From Nemertoderma westbladi (Eukaryota > Animalia > Xenacoelomorpha), in NCBI GenBank assembly GCA_032718475.1, contig JAUCBJ010003070.1:124001-188000 (forward strand): 64,000 nucleotides of DNA, read 5' to 3'. The stretch's first letter is position 1; each line of letters opens with the position of its first letter. A program made the translations under genes and the position numbers. Below the pieces are notes generated by a model that was not told the DNA's origin, made no database searches, and saw nothing but the letters and a program-made list of their open reading frames with translations. Shown here in pieces: positions 24,762-38,129 of the stretch.

Positions 24762-27030
24762 GTTTGTTTACACAGTTGAATGCCTACGGCTATAAATACA
24801 GCTAAAGTAAGTCTAGTAATTCAGTATCACTGTTAGCCTAATAATTAATTACCGATACTGCTGCTCAGTGTAGCGTGATATATATATAATATATTAGAAT
24901 ACCGGTATGCTTATAGTATATATATAAGTATTATTACAGACTAGATTTGTCACAGAGTACCGGTATATAATTTTAGCACAACTATATATAAATATATAAT
25001 AGGCGTATCGTGAATACCGTTATACAGCTGACACTTATAGTATATATAAGTATAATTATTACAGACTAGAATTAATTACAGAATACCGGTATGATTTCAG
25101 CCTAAATTTATAGAATAAATATAATAGGGGCCTAAGCCTATTGTAAATACCGGTATGTCAATTATTTTAAAAATAATTGAATTTCTGAATGTTAGGGGTT
25201 ACTTGGTTACTTTACTTACTCTATTACCGTTATTTGAGCAGCAGTCCAACTGATATTAAGACCTAAGTGTTGTATAACAGGCCTACTCTTTTATTAATAG
25301 ATTTAGTGGATTTATATGTACCCGTATGAGGGGTTTTGTTACAATATTGAAATAGATGTTATTATTTCTGGGAAGGAGTCACTGCACCGAAGCTGTACGC
25401 TCTCAGTGAAGTGCTACTTATTGGACACTAAAACAAATAATCCTACTTCCTAAGTTACTTATCTACGAATTACTTACGATACGGGTGAGATTAAATCTCT
25501 AATTAAACACAACAAAAAATATTACGTACGAAATTTTAGGGTAATTTTACAGGGAACTACAAACCAGTCTAACAAAGGGTTAGATTTTCTGGTTATTACA
25601 ACGGACAGGATACTACGGTATTTGAAAATAATAAGTAGTAGTAAATACACTGTGTTGTCCAGATAGGAAAATACCACCGTCTGACGACCTATAACCGTAT
25701 CGCTATAGGTACTACGTTATGTATCACGGAGTGTCCCTACCTAGAAGTTAATTACCGCGGTCTACCAGAACCAACGTGCCTATTAACCACTTTACAACAC
25801 AAATATACTGCCTACACACTAATTACCCTCGGAAAGCACTGTACACTAAACCCTAAATTAGGTACAAGTACTTATATAACAAATAATCGGTAGTTAAAAA
25901 TACTTGAACAGCTAAAAGAACCACGGTATCTGCTGGAGTGACCGGGGCACAAAATCACCAGTCTTTTCCTACGCCAAGCAGCCCGTGTAGTACCGGGGTT
26001 AATTTAACTATAACGGTATGTATAACAAGCACAATTACTGTAGGAATAAACTTGGGGACATGAATGTTGCGAATAATCGCATAAACTCTGAATAATAAAT
26101 ATTACGCTACCTGTACAGAATACTCAAACAAATATAAACCAAAACGCTGGCAGACTACCACCAAGCCTAAATAAACTACTGTATGTGCAGATTCCAAAAT
26201 GGTTAGTTAGTATGCGTTCTAACACGGTAGGACGACTTATTCTTTAAGAGGGGATTGACCTTACAGCTATGGCTGCCCCAACTTACTAACTGGCACTCTA
26301 TCGGACAAACTCTACACACGCAGCAATCTCTTCAGACCTAATAATAGCTAGACAACAATCCAGCCTACAAAATATCTGAGTAATAACTATTACGGTACCT
26401 GAACAGACCACACAAACAAACACAGGCCAAAACGCTGGCAGAATACTGTCAAGCCTAAATAAACTACAGTATGTGCAGATTCCAAAATGGTTAGTTAGTA
26501 TGCGTTCTAACACGGTAGTACGACTTATTCTTTAATAGGGGATTGACCTTACAGCTATGGCTGCCCCAACTTACTAACTGGCACTCTATCGGACAAACTC
26601 TACACACGCCGTAATCTCTCCAAACCCAACAACAATCCGACAACAGTCCGGCCTACAGTTATCTGAACAATCTGAGCAGACTTACACGTCTTCAGCTCAA
26701 TATTAACTTACTAGGAAATAAAACTGACAGAAATATACCTAAGTAAAATCCCAATAAAAACCAGGCGTCCCCGATTTAATATCGAGACCTACCGGTATAC
26801 AATAATCAAAATCGAATAATACTAATGTACTTATACTGGAAGTACCGGTTAGGACAGTTGGGCCTACGGACTTACAGAAGTGCCGGTTCTGGCAGTTGGA
26901 CCTACGGACCTAGAGCAGTACCGGTTCTGGCAGTTGGGCCTACTGACCTACAGAAGTACCGGTTCAGGTTTACCGGCCGACCGGTACTTTCAACTTTATT
27001 GCTTACTGCAATAAAGTCAATAACTGTTAT

Positions 27031-27887
27031 TATACGCGCTTTTGAAGACCTTTAGCAGTTTAACCTGCCAAAATTTATATGTCTTTTGGTTTATAAATAG
27101 ACTTTAGAAGATGACAAATATTTAATACCAATAAACACAACATTAGCAGAAGCCAGCCTAGTGCGCGTCCATTCACCCGCTGGATATACCCGGGAGACTG
27201 GATTCTGAGGGCTTAGATTATTATTGCAGTGTAAGCTTACTGTATTGTATTATTCGATTGATAGTTAATAATTAATTTCTGACTAATATTATTCACTTTC
27301 GGGAAATATTAACAGTTCCTTCAGGACGTGGCGCTCTATCTAGGTAAACAGAGATATGACTTATACTAATCACAACGGTAAGTCGGTAAGGCTTATGATT
27401 CAGGTGCTGTAGTCAGTACCGAGATAACAGTTTGATGATCTTATAATTAAAGACGCTCTAATGTCAGAAACATTCCCCGGCCGGTGTTCAAGGCGTGGGG
27501 GAAACGTCAGCACTGAATCATGGGATTCTGCTGTACAGTTTTTACACAAAGGGAAAATCTCTGATTGGTCGAACTGACGTGGACACAGCTGATAGATGTC
27601 GTCATTTGAGCTGAGCAGAACAAAGAACCAAGGCTCCGTGCAGAGGCTCCACGTGTACAGCTCAGCTATTAGCTGTCGTCTTAGTAACTACACTGTTCCA
27701 AGAGTATTTCGGCTTTTGCGTCATGGAATTGCGGATTATGTCCGCTAAAGTACACATACAGAAGAAATTACTTTTATGCCCTCTAAAACACCAGTACAGT
27801 AAGGACACGGCCCTTTTATGCCTGGTAAACCAACTACAGAGTACTTCACGGGGAAAATAACCGGCTAATTACGCAAAAGCCTTTACA
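27031..27887 (-). repeat. 5' LTR of element A (857 bp, chimeric relative to the 3' LTR)
   Basis: 27402-27887 matches 18066-18551 with two differences seen. 27031-27401 is clearly diverged from 17344-17700 and about 350 bp is missing. Confidence 0.88.
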
Positions 27888-27944
27888 AGCAGAAAGTTTG
27901 TTTCGAAATAAATAAATGAAATAAAAAAAACAGTAGCAATCCCC

Positions 27945-28170
27945 TAGTCCTCACATGGGCCAGGGCAGTTTTCGTTTCGGCACGAATGCTTTAAAGGGAC
28001 CAGCCAGGGCGCATCTCTGCCTTGCATCCTTAAGTGGTAGCCTTAAGTGGTAGCTAAATGAGTACTGGGGTTTCCTCTGGGGAGTAAAGTTCTGGGGGGA
28101 CCGCACTGGAAATAAGTCGTCAGACTTTGTGCGTAATCCCTGGCCTAGCGGCCGAAGAAAATTTACTTTA
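27945..28170 (+). mobile_element. SINE-like fragment (family of 2420-2640)
   Basis: GGGCAGTTTTCGTTTCGGCAC...TAAATGAGTAC...GTTCTGGGGGG shared with the 2.5-kb copy. Confidence 0.5.
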
Positions 28171-28649
28171 TATTTTTACTAATACTGTAGCAAGTTAAGG
28201 TTGATAACTCATCATTGCAATGTTCTTATACCTAGAAGGTACATTCATATACTGACGGATCAATAAATATAAAGACCGCGAATGCGCATACCACGATAAT
28301 GCAATAAACAGATTATGTTGATTATAAACTATGGAATTCTTTGGCGCATTTATAAGTTGTATTTGGCGGATTATAAAGTCCAATCTAGATGACCTTTGGA
28401 GTATCTAATTACCTCATTCATTGCACTATATCGTGTAAGTTTCTTACTAATTGATGAACATGGAATTTACAATAATTCAATATAGGATTCATAGGTGAAG
28501 CAAGAACATTCAAAATTTAAATTTAAATAAAGACTAAATGAAGGCACTGGACCTTGGCGCTCCTCACTACCACGAACTGCCACTGAGAATTATGGAAATC
28601 GGTACAAGAAGCTTCCGATATCGTCGAATTTAATAGTATCAAGTTGGCT

Positions 28650-28950
28650 AAATTGGTCCAGTTCGTTCGGTAGAGCAGAGCGAACTTCCGAATTTGCTCG
28701 AGTTGTTAAGCGTTTCTTTGGGTGAGGTGTTGGCACTATTGGTGTGGGGTGTGGCAACCGATAGGCCTACCGATGGCGGATCTATTGGGATTTCAAATCC
28801 TCCTTTAGTCTTTTTGTATTTCGCATCTGCTGCCCAGTAGTGGTTGGCACACACCCCCATATAATTGGTAACTTCCGTGATAATATTGGGTAGCACGGCC
28901 AACCACTTTGATCGTTCCTCCAGCTCACGCGGAAATCCATAAACTGTGAT
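28650..28950 (-). pseudogene. THAP zinc-finger domain remnant (DNA transposon-derived)
   Basis: Translates as TVYGFPRELEERSKWLAVLPN...MGVCANHYW...PIDPPSV, matching the THAP FP / W / C..H / P pattern. Confidence 0.6.
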
Positions 28951-29183
28951 ATTAGCATTTTCAATTGTTACAGTAACACCTTTCCTCTTCCTCTCATATC
29001 CAGTAGATAAATAAAATCGTGAGATATTCTCAAAACAGATTCACTTAAACAATTTATATTAATTATTGAATTTGTGAATTCTTTAGGCTCCTCACATGGA
29101 ACACTTCCACGTTTGAACAAGTTGGTCAATTACCGTAGTGATGAGAAATGGAACCAAACTTGGTACTCATGTAGTTCCTACTT

Positions 29184-30397
29184 AGAAGGATAATTGAAGA
29201 GTTATCAAAAAAGAAAGACAGGCATCTGGCTGTTATCTTTGTTGACTTCTTCAAGGCCTTTGATTCAGTCTCTCGCTCACGTATGTTCAGCATACTTTCA
29301 TTATATGGGATTCCTGATGAAATTATTGCAGCAACCAGATCAGTATACGATGGTTCGACAACATTTGTGTCTACTGTTGACGGTGACACAGAACCATTTG
29401 AAGTGTTATGGGGCGTCCTCCAAGGAGACACACTTGCACCATTCTTGTTCATTATTGTGGTTGACTATGTTCTACGTATGTCCTTAGATCATCATAATGA
29501 TGATGGGGTGATGATAACTCCACCTACTGGCTCCAGAAGTCGAGGAAATCCTGCCAAGTACCTAACTGATCTAGACTTTGCTGATGACTTAGGAGTACTC
29601 TCAGAATCATTAGAGGGAGCCCAACGGCTCCTCAGCTCATTAGAACATGCTGCTTCTAGTGTTGGTCTTTTTATTAACTCCAGAAAGACCAAAATTCTGA
29701 CCGTTAACTTTGAAAGTCCTCAGCAAGTCTCTGATCGGATGAGCATAAGCTCAAAGGATGGTATGCTTGAGCATGTGGACGACTTCTGTTACCTGGGATC
29801 ATGGATCCGGAAGTCAGGTGAGGACCTTCGAATACGTAAGGGAAAGGCATGGGCAGCCTCGAATAGGCTTTCCAGGATTTGGAAGTCACCGAGAATTAAT
29901 CGGAAACTTAAGGTCCGATTATTTAGAGCAGCAGTAGTTCCAGTACTCCTCTACGGGAGTCCATGCTGGGCTCTAACTGCTGAGGACACCAAATCTCTGG
30001 ATAGCACATTCACAAGAATGCTACGCCGGGTTCATTGTGTCAAGTACAATGCACACATCTCCAACCAGACACTATATAACATTGGAGGTGTCTCATTGGT
30101 TCCCCCAAGCTTGACACTAGAACAAAATCGCCTCCGCTTTGCAGGACATTGCTTTCGCCGTGAGGACCAGCCAGTGCATAATCTTGTACTTTGGCAGCCT
30201 CATGGAGTGAATAAGCATGGTGGACAGCCCATGACTTTCTTGAGACGCATCTTAAAGGACACTGGCCTTAAAGACGCGGATGATCTAGCAAATGTCATGG
30301 GTGATAGGGAGTTGTGGTGGTGCAATTTTGTTGACAAGCCGGCACAGCATTCTTAAAAATGCAGCTGCAATGCAGCATGCCGATCCTAGTAGTAGTA
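29184..30397 (+). mobile_element. 5'-truncated RTE-clade LINE with 44-bp TSD and (TAG)n tail
   Basis: Identical 44-mer at 29140-29183 and 30398-30441. TAGTAGTAG tail. RT motifs present. Confidence 0.9.
29283..30356 (+). CDS. RTE-type reverse transcriptase, C-terminal part (truncated)
   Basis: FVDFFKAFDS just upstream; GVLQGDTLAPFLF, LDFADDL, FCYLGS, RLRFAGHCFR. Confidence 0.85.
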   Translation: MFSILSLYGIPDEIIAATRSVYDGSTTFVSTVDGDTEPFEVLWGVLQGDTLAPFLFIIVVDYVLRMSLDHHNDDGVMITPPTGSRSRGNPAKYLTDLDFADDLGVLSESLEGAQRLLSSLEHAASSVGLFINSRKTKILTVNFESPQQVSDRMSISSKDGMLEHVDDFCYLGSWIRKSGEDLRIRKGKAWAASNRLSRIWKSPRINRKLKVRLFRAAVVPVLLYGSPCWALTAEDTKSLDSTFTRMLRRVHCVKYNAHISNQTLYNIGGVSLVPPSLTLEQNRLRFAGHCFRREDQPVHNLVLWQPHGVNKHGGQPMTFLRRILKDTGLKDADDLANVMGDRELWWCNFVDKPAQHS

Positions 30398-32530
30398 GAT
30401 GAGAAATGGAACCAAACTTGGTACTCATGTAGTTCCTACTTCTATAATTCCTATTTCGGCCACATGTGGGCGTAGGACTAGGTCCACTAATTACACCTCA
30501 ATGCAAAGGCTCATCTGCACATAAATGTACGCGATGCGATGTCCTAATTGCGTGAATGCATGTGTTGTGAACTGGGTTTAGAAATATTATGCACTTTCCC
30601 AGTGTGTTATACATGCACTGAGCTAGGAGTTAACGAATGTTGTACTTACGTGGAACGTAACTGTCCCTATCAGCTCCAATAAGGTCCACATATCCAAGAA
30701 CTAAGGCAACACAAATAGCTGAATCTCGGGTGATCTCTGCATCAACTCTTCTCTCACTAGAATAAATAAAATCATATAATTTCTAATAGAATCCGTTCAA
30801 ACTGCCAATCAAAAGAAACCCTTAGAAATTTATATATTATATATGTAAAATTAACTCTCAAGCTATAAAAAGCAGGTATTTTACATTATTACATAGATGG
30901 CCAAATAATTGATCTTGTCGGACTAATCTGATCTAGTATTATCTTCACTAGTCAGATAGAAGTTGTGTTACAGATCATATAGCAGGAGTTATTGTCGTCA
31001 AGTATGGAGGAAGTGTTAACAATATGATGAGGATAGAACTGATAGACCAATCTAATGAGGTTGAATAAGTGTTGCTAATCCCATTGGGATCATCATACCG
31101 AGGATGATGGTTTTTTGGGTTGTCGATCTTACAGGGCAGGGCAGGCCAGTGTGATAAGAGTCTATCTTACATGGTGATAATAGTCAATCTTACATGGTGA
31201 TAATAGGCGATCTTACATGGTGATAATAGGCGATCTAACAGCAGCGAGACAATGCAATGATGGAAATAATTTTGTAGATCATTATATTGTATATTACATC
31301 AAATACCAATTATGAGTACATATCCCAAGTTATGTTAGTTCACATGTGATCATCGACCACTGATTAAACCAAGCTTGTAGCTATGGCAAGCTTTGCGGTT
31401 TTTATCCATGATAATAGCCGAAACATAGTTACAATGACTTTATTGGTGTATTGGTGAGATACATAGGAAGACTAGTTGATATCAGAAACAATATAGATTG
31501 CAAGTGACACAACCATTCTTATTCATGACACTTCCTCTGGGGTCCATACATATCGCTCGACCGGTTTATCGGACAGCAGGTTCCCTGGCCGAACTCAGAG
31601 TGCAAGTGAGAGACGGGAGGTAGATATTCAACTAGAGATACACCCAGGAAACAGATTGGTGCGATCTCGTCTTCTCACCACTGACGAAATCTACTACCAA
31701 TCTTGCATTTGAGTTACAGATACTATCAATAAATTTTTCCGCAGATTTTCGGACAACAACATGGTAATGGTGATGATGAAGAAAAACGTGTTCTGGAATT
31801 TAGCTCCCTGATTGGCTAGGGCTACAATAACATACATATAGTCTTACTATACTACAATAATATACTATTAGTTGGCACACTGGGAATAAATAGCTATTCA
31901 GATGGCGGGATGATACATTACAAACTAACAGTTAAAATTTGATTACTTGTCTGGGATAGAGTGAGAGAGTAATAAACTTGGCAAGTAATATACTTCTCTT
32001 CAGTTTGGCCCTAACCATTCAATCAATAGTAGTAGCTTACTAGACCCTCATGAGCACCAGCAGCTGGTGTTTCTATCGTTGAGTTGATGGCAATTTTCGT
32101 GTTATGGGGCTATTTTTCGAAATAAAAAAAGACACTGTAATAATTTTTCCGAAACTTTTGTCCACATCCTGGGGTTGAGCTGCGTCGATTGATATAACTT
32201 TCATTGACGGACGAGCTATAGCTTTGGAAGATTTCACCCGGTATAAATACAGTACATAGTACATACATACATGGATAGATATATAGTGAATACTTTTACA
32301 GTAAGAAGTCAATAGCCTAATAGTCTTCTAATAATATAGTAAACTTATTGAAAGGTCAATAATTATGTGCCGGCTTCTGTTAGAGAACTCTTAGAGAACT
32401 GGAAACTCTTAGAGAACATAATAAAGGTCATTTATGTGATATACATTATTGATGTATATACATTATTTTAAGTGTAATTTGAACAAGAAGTGGACAGTTG
32501 AACAGTCGTTTGAAGCTAGAGAGCTTCTTT

Positions 32531-32556
32531 CGCGGTACGCAAGCACCGCCAGCTAG
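32531..32556 (+). mobile_element. Helitron-like 3' end
   Basis: GC-rich hairpin GCGGTAC-GCAA-GCACCGC followed by CTAG|T. 5' end not located. Confidence 0.45.
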
Positions 32557-32819
32557 TTGAATGTCAGTAAAAAGTTAATTAGTTAACTTACCGATATAAC
32601 GCACATTCAGCCACCAATGCTGATATTAGAAAAAGTGATATAAATGTTAAGCGAAATACATTTGTTTCAAAGATAAGAATTTTATAGATTCGCCCCATTA
32701 TATGGTTGATACCAGTCTGAATTACTGTAGTAATTAATACATTAATTAGCCTAATGGTGATACTCTTGTTAAAAAGTAGTAATAAATATTTATATAGTAT
32801 GAACTGCAACTACTAGGTA

Positions 32820-33200
32820 GAGCGAGCTCGGACAGTGTAAATGCGGTCCATCCAGGAATCCAGCCTTCTTAGCAGACCTCTCAACGTTGTTCATTTGAAG
32901 CTGTGCATCACTGCTAGCGTATTAGAGATCTGTTTGAATAACAGATCTTCTCCCCCTTTGTAAAATTATGAATAATAATGGTGCCAATGTGTCACCTTGC
33001 AGTACGCCAGCCAGGATTGCGAAGAAGTGTTTAACCATCTGAAGATAGTCATGAGCTTCCATGTCACAATATAACCATCCAATGCCAGCGACAATAACTT
33101 CTGGTATTCCATAATCTCTTAGTATTTCTAGCATTTTTCCTCTATGGATGGAGTCGAATGCTTTCGAGAAGTCCACAAATGTTAGAATCAGAACTACACG
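32820..33200 (-). pseudogene. RTE-type RT fragment
   Basis: FVDFSKAFDSIHRGKM...GVLQGDTLAPLLF, degenerate. Confidence 0.8.
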
Positions 33201-34007
33201 AAGGCTATTTAACTTCACTCCTTCCGTTCTGGGCTTGGAATTCCTATTCCCATAGATAGAGTCAGATTGTACAAAAATTCGAGCAAAGAGCAAATGCCAA
33301 ACATAATTATACAGTTGGCCTACCAGCCTACAGTATTTCCATAGTAGAAAAAAACGTGAGTGAAGCGAGCGGAATTTTGTAAACTGATGGAAAACGGATT
33401 CAGACCCACCATACACAGCTGGCATGCTGGATGCTGGCTGGTGTTTTGCACTTTTGAGCCTGTGTTCAGGTTTTAAAAAATTCGCCCCACATCCATGCTC
33501 GACTGGGGTTTCAAAAATTCGCATCCTGCATTCGTGGGTTTTCAAAAATTCGCGTTTTACACAGCTGCTGATGCGCGCCAGCATTATCAAATTCGCCCCA
33601 TACATTGTACGGTGCGTTCAGCTCAAATTCCAACTACCAACATTGTACTAGGCCTTGATAATGAGACTCACTGATTGCTAAACAATGTACTGTATTGGGC
33701 GGGTATATACTGTAGTATTAACTGCTATGCTTACTGTATTTACAATACCGGTTTTTCGTTACTTCCTTATTGTTTGTTATGTAGGTTTTGTTGACTAAAC
33801 TGGTATTATTGATATGTTGGGTTTCAATAATATCATGCCAAGCAACAATAGAAAAGCAGTGTTCTACCGAAATAGGTACAAGGAAAATGATGAGTTTCGG
33901 GTAGCAAAAAAGTTGGCAAAAGGAAGTTTGGGAACAACAAACTCAATAAGAATCCAAAGACTCAAAAAAATAGGTGGATGTTGGCCCGATTTAGAAAAGG
34001 TCGTTAA

Positions 34008-35574
34008 CCCTATTAGTACCGGGCTATAAAATGTTGTACAAATACCGGGGAGGGGGGGTCATATTGACCCCCCCCCCTCTAAAATCTACAAATATTTACG
34101 AAAACGTCTGATTTTTTGTTTGTACGTAGGTATCACTTGTCTGGATCCGACCGAAAAAAAAATTTTTCGAAAAAATGTACTGGGGTGGTTATATTGCAGC
34201 ACCAAAAATACAAGTAGTGCACAATTTTCCCAAAATTTGAAAGTTACATTTTTCGGCTAATTGCTTTTCAATACAGGTTTTCTGGGGTGCAAAATACATT
34301 GGAAAATATTAAAAAATGATATGATTACTATAAATGGCTGTTTAGTCCTCTCTGCATAGGAAAAAAATGAAAAAAAACAAGTAACCAGCACTTTTCAGTT
34401 AGAACACAAAATTTTTAATTCACTTATACGATGCTATAAATTCACATTTTCAGGTTTTCGAGGGCGCTGATTCTAATGGAATACATTTCTAATATGCCAG
34501 ATCATTGCTACTTGTATTTTTCGGCGTAATTTGGCAAATTTTGGTGCTAGCACCAAATTTCGTACCCATCACCAAAAAGTACAAGTTTGCGATGTCCAGT
34601 GCTGTTTTTATTGATTCCATCGGATTCAGGACCCTCATAAACCCGTATAACGCAAGAAACAAGGTGATACTATCTACTTATCAATTTGCATATTTTCCAA
34701 AATTTGGTGCTGGCACAACAATTTTCACCCACCGGCGAAAAATACAAGTTTGAGAACTCTTATGAAATTTTTACTGATTCCATTGAATTCAGAACCATCA
34801 CAAACCCGTATAACGCAAGAAACAAGGTGACACAATCAATTGATATATTTGATGGTTTTCAAAATTTGGTGCTAGCACCACATTTTGCACCCACATCCGA
34901 AAAATACAAGTTTGAGATGTCTAGTTCGATAATTATATTTTCCATTGAATTCAGAACAGCCATAAACCTCTAAAACGCAAGAAATAAATTGTCACAAGCA
35001 ATTTTATCTATTGAATGGATTTTCAAAATTTCGTGCTAGCACCAAAATTTGCACACAGCACCGAAAAATACAAGTTTGATACGTTTGGTGCAACTCGTAT
35101 ATATTTCATCGAATCCAGAAACCCAAAAAACCTCTATTTCGTAAAAAACAAGTTTCAAACGATCAATTTACAAAATTGACTTATTTCAAAATTTGGTGCT
35201 GGCACCAAAATTTGGCACCCACCGAAAAAAACAAGTTTGAAATTTCTAAATCAATTTATATGAATTCCATCAAATTTCTAACACCAAAAAACCGGTGCAA
35301 ATAAAAAATAGAGATGTTACAATTCATATTTAATGAAATGTAATTTTCAAAAAACGTCTCAAAAAAAGTGCCAAAAGTAGGGTTAAAAAATGGTGCTATA
35401 ACTCGAAAAGTACCCAATATTTTTGAAAACGGTTTTCACTACTAGGAAGACAATAGATTTTTAGGAAAAGTCATAAAATGTCAGATTCCCAACTGCGCTT
35501 GTTTCAGAATTATAATAAAAAAACCACGGGGGGGGTCATATTGACCCCCCCCCCCCCCCCCGGCTTTAATAGGG
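34008..35574. mobile_element. Complete non-autonomous piggyBac-like element (MITE, 1567 bp)
   Basis: TTAA at 34004-34007 and 35575-35578. Imperfect TIR CCCTATTA(GTA/AAG)CCGG. Subterminal palindrome GGGGGGTCATATTGACCCCCC at both ends. No transposase. Confidence 0.9.
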
Positions 35575-36161
35575 TTAATCAGTCTTCCTAATAATATACC
35601 CCTTCAAAGAAAAAGTGCTTTATAGCATTACTGGCTGAGCGAGCAGGGATAGGTTTGGTGAAACATATTGTTAAACAACAACTTCACTATGTAGGACATT
35701 ATGGCGATCATTATTATAACAGATGTTATCTGTTAACAGATGTTATCTTAACCTGTATAAGTCCAACCAGTTAAGAAGGGGCACTGAATTCCGGGGGTTG
35801 CAGACTCCATGGTATCTAGGATTGCGGCAGTATTGCGATAAAGATGGCAATGAGGATGTTCTGAAGAAACCGATGGTTCCACAGGTGAAGGTAATGTATG
35901 ACTTATTTTAATTGACTGCAGGATGTTTTTGTACCATATGTAGTTGTGGTATCATACTAACTAGTTTGATATTATGTGCTAAATGAACTACTAACTGTAT
36001 GTATCTGGTGGTGGTTATACTATAGGTTAACAGCTGTTAGATCCTATTCAAGAAGCGATTGATATACAGTATTCGGGTGATGGGGTTTGGCTTGTATTAT
36101 TATTTTTATCATTTAGAAGTTTATTGGATAACTAAAACATTTTCCAGTTCGTAATAATACA

Positions 36162-36172
36162 TGGCGCTGTGT
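36162..36172 (+). promoter_or_regulatory. Canonical tRNA primer-binding site of a Gypsy-like remnant
   Basis: ...AATACA|TGGCGCTGTG about 90 bp upstream of the gag ATG. The LTR lies upstream but its start is uncertain. Confidence 0.6.
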
Positions 36173-36250
36173 GCGAAAAAATTTATACAGTAATATTTCG
36201 TTTATTCTATCTGTTTTATTTCGGCAATCTATGTTACTGGTTAACACGTT

Positions 36251-36975
36251 ATGCCTACTAAAGCAGACCTAGAAGAAGAGGTCCGGTTGTTAAAACAACA
36301 ACTAGAGGAAGCGCAAGCGACTACTACCATGGAAGCCAGCGGTGTGAGCTCGGACTTTCTCAAGGGTATGGCCTTGCTTCTTAAACAATCAAACGATCGT
36401 GCAGCAGCTAATCAACAAGTGCTTCATGATATGATCTTCAGCAGTCGCCAACCTCCAGTAGGGGGCCCACTCCCTACTGCAGCTAGAGGGACCCGTCCAC
36501 TTCGTATGGAAATGCCAAAGTTAGGTTCACCAGAGTCAATGGCACTCACTATGTTAGAAGAATGGAAATGTCGCTGGGAGGACTACAAGGTGGGACTCCA
36601 CCTGACTGAGGAAACATTGCCAGAGCAGCGTGCAGCCCTTCGTAATTGCCTTCACGAGGAGTGGTTAAGGCTTTGGGCAGAGGGTATACTTGTTAAAGTA
36701 GATACTGAAGATGTGGATGGCATTACTGATGCTTTAACTCGTCGCATTCGGAAAAATAGACATCCATTACTAGACCATGGAGCATTTCACGCACAGACTC
36801 AGGGTCGTGGTGAGAAGTTCAATGACTTCTTTGTAGTCCTCCACGTTTTAGACCAAGCCTGTGCGTGGGAAAATTGTATCAATGCTTCGGCAAATCAAGA
36901 AGAGCGTTTGGTAGGCAAAATCGTTTCTGGGTTTGCGAATCCTTGCATTCGCCAGGAGATTCTTAAAACTCCCTT
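36251..36975 (+). pseudogene. Gypsy-like gag, N-terminal part, split by the TIR element
   Basis: WKCRWEDY...EQRAALRNCL...QGRGEKFNDF...L...C...IVSGF....IRQEILKTPL. Reading frame resumes at 62888. Confidence 0.75.
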
Positions 36976-38129
36976 AGTAGTAGAGGTTTGGCCGGCTTTC
37001 TGACAGTTGGACCACACTGACACCCATTGGGTGTCATATGACACCCTATTATCAACCTATGGGAGTCAATGGGTGTCATTGCGCTAAGACTGTCTGGGTG
37101 ACACCTCCTAATTACGCTAATTAGACCCTAATTTATAGGTGACATGAATTAATTAGTACAATTAAACCCTAATAGGTGTCTTATGACTCCTAATTAGGGT
37201 TTATTTGATTATCCTAATTAATCAGACCGATTAGCGCCCCGACATGCAATGGTCATCAGTGTTGTCCAACTGTCACAAAGCAGTCCAAAGGGTGTCATAA
37301 GTGACACCGCGGCTCTATTATTTATTAATACTTATTTATTTGTATTTAATTTTAATTTATTTATTTTAATTTGTTTTAGATTTACCAATAATTGGTTTTA
37401 TATATTTCTTTCTAAATGACCTCATTGACTTTCATCTCGTTATACTTACCCCTAGGGTATACAGTTTCCTTACTGATAACTAATTACTCTTATCTATATC
37501 CAGACAGCTTTATCGTTAACCTTTGACCCCTAATTAGCTTTATCCAAGTAACAGGTTTTTAATAATAGTTGGATCCAAGCGCCCAGCCCCCTCTCGTGAC
37601 ACCTCTGATTACTAATTACTCTTAGATATATCCAGTCATCTACAGTTCCATAGTCTGCCGCTAGAGGGTGTATTGTTTTATTACAACAAGCTATATCCTG
37701 TTAATCTTTATTACTATTAATATCTTTGTAATGAGGTTTTCGAGGGCGCTGTTTCCGATGGTCCTATTCTCAAAACGATCTAACCTACTGTATAATTAAT
37801 TACTTAAGACTGCGAGGTATGCGTAATTAACAAATCTCGTTTACAAGTTTTCCTTAAAAACTATGAAGCTATATCGCTTAAGAGTTCTGAGGGGCGAGCC
37901 ATGAGGCAAGATGTTTGAGACTTATTTAGATATGTTATTACTTAATTTTGACCCCTCCAATCATTATCTATTACAATATATGCTATATCTTTAGCGGAGT
38001 AACAGAGTAATCTGAAGTTCCCCAGTCTGCCGCTAGAGGGCGAAATGTCTCAAAGTGAAAACCATACAGTAGCTATGAATTGGTTACTAGGCAATAATAC
38101 TGCATTTTGTATAGTTAGGCCTATTGCTG

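Larger units (their letters stand above)
17344..27887 (-). mobile_element. Non-autonomous BEL/Pao LTR retrotransposon (element A), related to element B
   Basis: TG...CA outer ends. 5-bp TSD AGCAG (17339-17343 / 27888-27892). Colinear with 42287-61231 but with large deletions. Confidence 0.93.
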
